A stretch of DNA of 63,871 nucleotides, the filler included, from Saprolegnia diclina VS20 (taxonomy: Eukaryota): NCBI RefSeq assembly GCF_000281045.1. It is 3 parts of 2 records of this genome, joined end to end, with 100 filler letters (N's around TTAATTAATTAA, not from the genome) between each part and the next. Parts side by side here need not be neighbours in the genome. Positions count along the whole stretch, not along the records: positions 50,508 to 63,871 come from NW_008246153.1; 2 more parts are not named here. One strand, written 5' to 3'. A model generated the notes under the pieces. It was not told the DNA's origin, made no database searches, and worked only from the letters and a program-made list of their open reading frames with translations. Made by a program: the position numbers and the translations under genes. This document shows positions 60,622-63,871 of the stretch, in pieces; the first letter of the stretch is position 1, and every line of letters starts with the position of its first letter.

Positions 60622-61257
60622 TTAGCAGGACAGGCGCTCGGGCAACGACCCGGCGTCGGCCATCTTCTTGTGCTTGATGCAGAAGCCGCTCATGCGACCC
60701 GCGTGGTTGCAGCCGTCGACGCTGCAGCGCTTGCCACCGCCGTGGCTGTAACACGCGCCACCGACTTGGGCGCTCCGCGAGCAGCCGTCGACGTTGCAGC
60801 GGCGGCCGCCACCATGGCTCACACAAAAGCCGCCCTTGTGCGCGCAGCGCTGGCAGCCTTCCCACTTGCAGTAGTGACGGTTCCCGTGCTTACCGCCGCC
60901 GTGGCTGTAGCAGGTACCACCGGTCTGCGCGCTCTTGGTGCAGCCCTCGACCGTGCAGCGGCGACCGCCGCCATGGGCGATGCAGAAGCCGCCCTTGTGC
61001 GCACACTTTTGACAGCCGTCCATCTTGCACATGTGGCGGCCGCCATGGTCCATGCAGACGCGTTTGCGCTTCGCTTGCTTCTCGCAGCCGGGAAAGATGC
61101 ACACGCGGAAGCTGGGCGACGTCGCGACATCGGGTTTCTGGGCTTCCCGGGCGTGGTGGAGGCAGGCGCCGTGGACCTTGGCGAAGCGGTGGCAGGTAGC
61201 GTCGTAGGCGCAGAGGTGCATGAGCGGTGGCAGCGTCACGTGCTGGCGGGTGGGCAT
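60622..61257 (-). CDS. Tandem C-x4-C-x9-C-x2-HGGG zinc-finger repeat protein (WRKY19-like repeats, no WRKY domain)
   Basis: Six to seven repeats such as CKMDGCQKCAHKGGFCIAHGGG; ATG 61257 follows an Inr. Confidence 0.88.
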   Translation of the reverse strand: MPTRQHVTLPPLMHLCAYDATCHRFAKVHGACLHHAREAQKPDVATSPSFRVCIFPGCEKQAKRKRVCMDHGGRHMCKMDGCQKCAHKGGFCIAHGGGRRCTVEGCTKSAQTGGTCYSHGGGKHGNRHYCKWEGCQRCAHKGGFCVSHGGGRRCNVDGCSRSAQVGGACYSHGGGKRCSVDGCNHAGRMSGFCIKHKKMADAGSLPERLSC

Positions 61258-61267
61258 GATGGCGCGA

Positions 61268-61282
61268 CTTGGAAAATGAGCA
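61268..61282 (-). promoter_or_regulatory. Oomycete initiator element
   Basis: GCTCATTTTCCAAG on the minus strand about 15 nt upstream of ATG 61257; matches the GCTCATTY consensus. Confidence 0.6.
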
Positions 61283-62498
61283 GCCGTGGGATCGATGTCA
61301 TGTTTCGGTCTGAACCGGCTCCACCACGTATTTCCCACAAGTGTCTCAAACCGTCGTCGCAGGGATTGGTGCAAATGCATGCACGGGTTTGTAAGCCACA
61401 AATCTCCGGTGCGCAAGCAAGTGGTCACCGTTTCGCGGCCGAGAGAGGGCATGCGGACGGGCGGCGTTCAGCGGCCACTGGCACCATGAGCTCAAAGATG
61501 ACCATACCGGGGCTGGGCACCGAGACGGTTTGGAGAAAGGTTGGCCACGAAAGCTGACGCGATCGCTGGAATAAAATAGCTCCGACCATGCGGCAACGAA
61601 CCTCGCAAACTGTATGGGTCCAGCGCCGACCACATAATAATATCGAGTGCGTCGGCGATTCGCATGTGATCGATTTCGCAACAGCGGGCGGGGGAAAGCG
61701 AAGTTCGAAGCCGCGACATGTGCCAGCGTCCACGGTCAATCGCACACTTTCACTGGCGATTTGTATCGAGTGGATTGCGTAAGGCAGGGTGACACTTCGC
61801 GCGACCACAACGCCACGAAAGTAACCTTGCATCTGTATGAAAACAGTCCCGACGTATAACGTCATCGACCAAGAAGACTTAGTTCTTGTATGAGGGGCGT
61901 GTAGACCATGTCTTCTGTCCGTCGAAGAAGCATGCCCGAAGTTCGGGATGCTGACGGGGCTTTATAGGCAGATCCTTCAATGCAATGTTATGCCACTTAT
62001 AATCCACGTTGGCTCAGTCATGTGCGGTTGTGGGTAGGGTGTTTCTCTAGAAATTGAGGCGTGCAGCTATTACTGAGGGAAGCTCCACGTCACCCGTCAT
62101 GTTATGCTTGCATCACGTGGTGCGGCCGCCACAACGCTACTAGTAGCTGCAAAGGTAGCGATGGTCGCTCGAGGAGACTTCGGCGTCGTTCACTTTTCTA
62201 TCGTCGCAGCGCAGGTCCAGTGGAGCGACTGGTTCGAGGCGCGCCACATGGACTACCGTTGCCGCAACGGGCCTATGAGCGTCCGTTGTTCATGACACTG
62301 AGGGGGTAGGGTTATTCCAGCCGGTGATTGCAGACATTCTGTTCGACTTTGCGTTTTTCTAACACGGTTACTTACCTCGAACGAAACCCCAACCGCTGAG
62401 TCGATGACGAGAGATGTTATAACGCACTGAACCGTTGCTGGGTCGTGTTATGTCAAGTGTTACACACAACGCCTCTCAGAACTGGTGCTGAACTAGGA

Positions 62499-63239
62499 CT
62501 AGTAGGGCGAGAGGACGCGGCAGACGTCGCACCACGAAGGCTGTATTGGTGTTGTAAGCAGCGCGTGGACCGCAGGCCTTTGCCGCACGAGGGCCTCCAT
62601 GCGCTGCCGCGTCTCGCGGAGGCGGCGGCTCAGCGGCGCCGAGGAAGCCTGGTACTCGATGATCATGCGTGTGAAGAGGAGCTCGAGCTCGTTGCCTTGA
62701 CGCTGCTCGTACAAGCACTCGAGGCCGTCGTAGAGGGCGCCTTGCCGCGGTGCGCTACAGCACGGGCACGGCGCCTTGCCATCAATATGCGCCACAAGCG
62801 TATCGAGGAGCGTTACGAGCGTCTGCATCACGGGAAAGTCATTTCGCCGCAGGAGCTGCATGTACAGCTTGTGTTGGTGTTCCGCAACGTACAGGATGCA
62901 ATGCAGGTGCAGCGTCGTGTGGATGTCGAGCCACGGCTCAGGCGACGAGAACCCGAGCTCGAGCCAGCGGGGGTGCGGCGTCAACGGCGTCTCGAGCGGC
63001 GACGAAGGGAACGAGACCCGCCAGAGCGCGGCCAGCTGGTCTTGCGCAAAGACGCTTCCGACGTCAAGCGTCTCCCATCGCCCGACAAGCTCCTGCAGCA
63101 GCTCTTCCGCGATCGCTTCGGACGTCGATTTCCACATCCTGCGGCGAGCTTCGATCTTGGTTGTACGGTTACTGTCTGCAAATTTATCCGGATGCTGTGG
63201 TGTTTGACAGCAAGGCAAAGTGGCAAGTCGCCGTTGCAT
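62499..63239 (-). CDS. Divergent ELMO/CED-12 domain protein (start uncertain)
   Basis: QLAALWRVSFP..L.....PRWLELGFSSPEPWLD....L..ILY...DFP pattern of ELMO domains. Confidence 0.6.
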   Translation of the reverse strand: MQRRLATLPCCQTPQHPDKFADSNRTTKIEARRRMWKSTSEAIAEELLQELVGRWETLDVGSVFAQDQLAALWRVSFPSSPLETPLTPHPRWLELGFSSPEPWLDIHTTLHLHCILYVAEHQHKLYMQLLRRNDFPVMQTLVTLLDTLVAHIDGKAPCPCCSAPRQGALYDGLECLYEQRQGNELELLFTRMIIEYQASSAPLSRRLRETRQRMEALVRQRPAVHALLTTPIQPSWCDVCRVLSPY

Positions 63240-63460
63240 GATGAGCTCTTCCACCACTGCTTCCACCACGCTTGGCCTCCTACCCTCCTCACCTGCTAAA
63301 GCTCCTCGCGTCCATGCAGATGATTGACCAAGCCTCGCCAGAGGCAAGGTACTGCATGTGATAGTGTGATAGCCCTTGCCAGCACCAGCGGAGATGGCTG
63401 CCTTGCATGATGATGCGTCGGGCAATGGTGTGTATTTCGAGTGGTTGTGGCGTCTATGTC

Positions 63461-63871
63461 TTACTTGGGCGTGGCCGGAGGAGGCGCCCACTTGCCACGC
63501 TTGCGCAGGAAGCGCGCGATCCACGGCGTGACGGCGATCGTGAGTCCGCCGCGCACTGGACCTACGCAGGACCAAATGAGGAGGAGCAGGAGGATCTTAC
63601 GCCGACGCACCTGTGGCTACGGTCGCCAAGTACGCGAGCAAAAGCGTGCCTGCATTCGGGTCGATCTTGGACATGTCGACGAACGGAATGTGGGCTTCGC
63701 GGATGTCGATGCCATACTCGATGGCCGAGAAGGCGACGCCGAGCGTGGTCACAAAGACAGACGAGTGCACAACGACCGCGACCTTGCCGTACTGCTTCAT
63801 GATCTCCTTCAACTTGGCCGTGTGCTTGGCGAACGCCTCTTTGGAGAAGTCCCTCCGCGGCAAACTCCGGG
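63461..63871 (-). CDS. FAM210/DUF1279 mitochondrial membrane protein, 5' end outside the window
   Basis: KLKEIMKQYGKVAVVVH...GID...AGTLLLAY..., then after an intron GPVRGGLTIAVTPWIARFLR. Confidence 0.85.

Noticed and set aside
60622..61257. Calling this gene a WRKY transcription factor
   Set aside because: No WRKYGQK domain is present, only the Cys/His-GGG repeats.
62368..62380. TACTTACCT similar to the U1 snRNA 5' end
   Set aside because: The downstream U1 stems and Sm site are absent; it is better read as a donor-like motif on the opposite strand.

Overview
GC-rich, gene-dense eukaryotic DNA with many short (~45-70 nt) GT-AG introns. Gene content (Kazal inhibitor, elicitin-like protein, GH5, ankyrin-TKL kinase, oxidosqualene cyclase plus sterol C5-desaturase) and oomycete-type core promoters point to a sterol-prototrophic oomycete of the Saprolegniales, probably Saprolegnia (inference). 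The window holds three contigs joined by two 100-bp N gaps carrying an artificial TTAATTAATTAA linker. About 30 protein-coding genes are supportable, including thiolase, kanadaptin, two NF-YB copies, OSC, NEDD1, PSMG1, DNA2, ERG3, a TBC1D23-like gene, DDB1, a Myb and FAM210. No convincing rRNA, tRNA, CRISPR array or intact mobile element was seen. The main observations are: (1) a spliced 22-Cys metallothionein-like gene whose Cys-rich part is mostly absent from the ORF track; (2) an inverted, CDS-only near-identical NF-YB pair; (3) a probably mitochondrial protein joining an RLR-CTD/Yippee-like Zn domain to a RAP domain; (4) a three-domain elicitin-like gene broken by three homopolymer frameshifts; (5) loose co-location of sterol genes; (6) a TBC1D23-like protein with intact catalytic fingers and PDZ/FN3 insertions; (7) two Arf-family GAP domains that lack the catalytic arginine. 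All exon structures were read by eye and no database searches were run.
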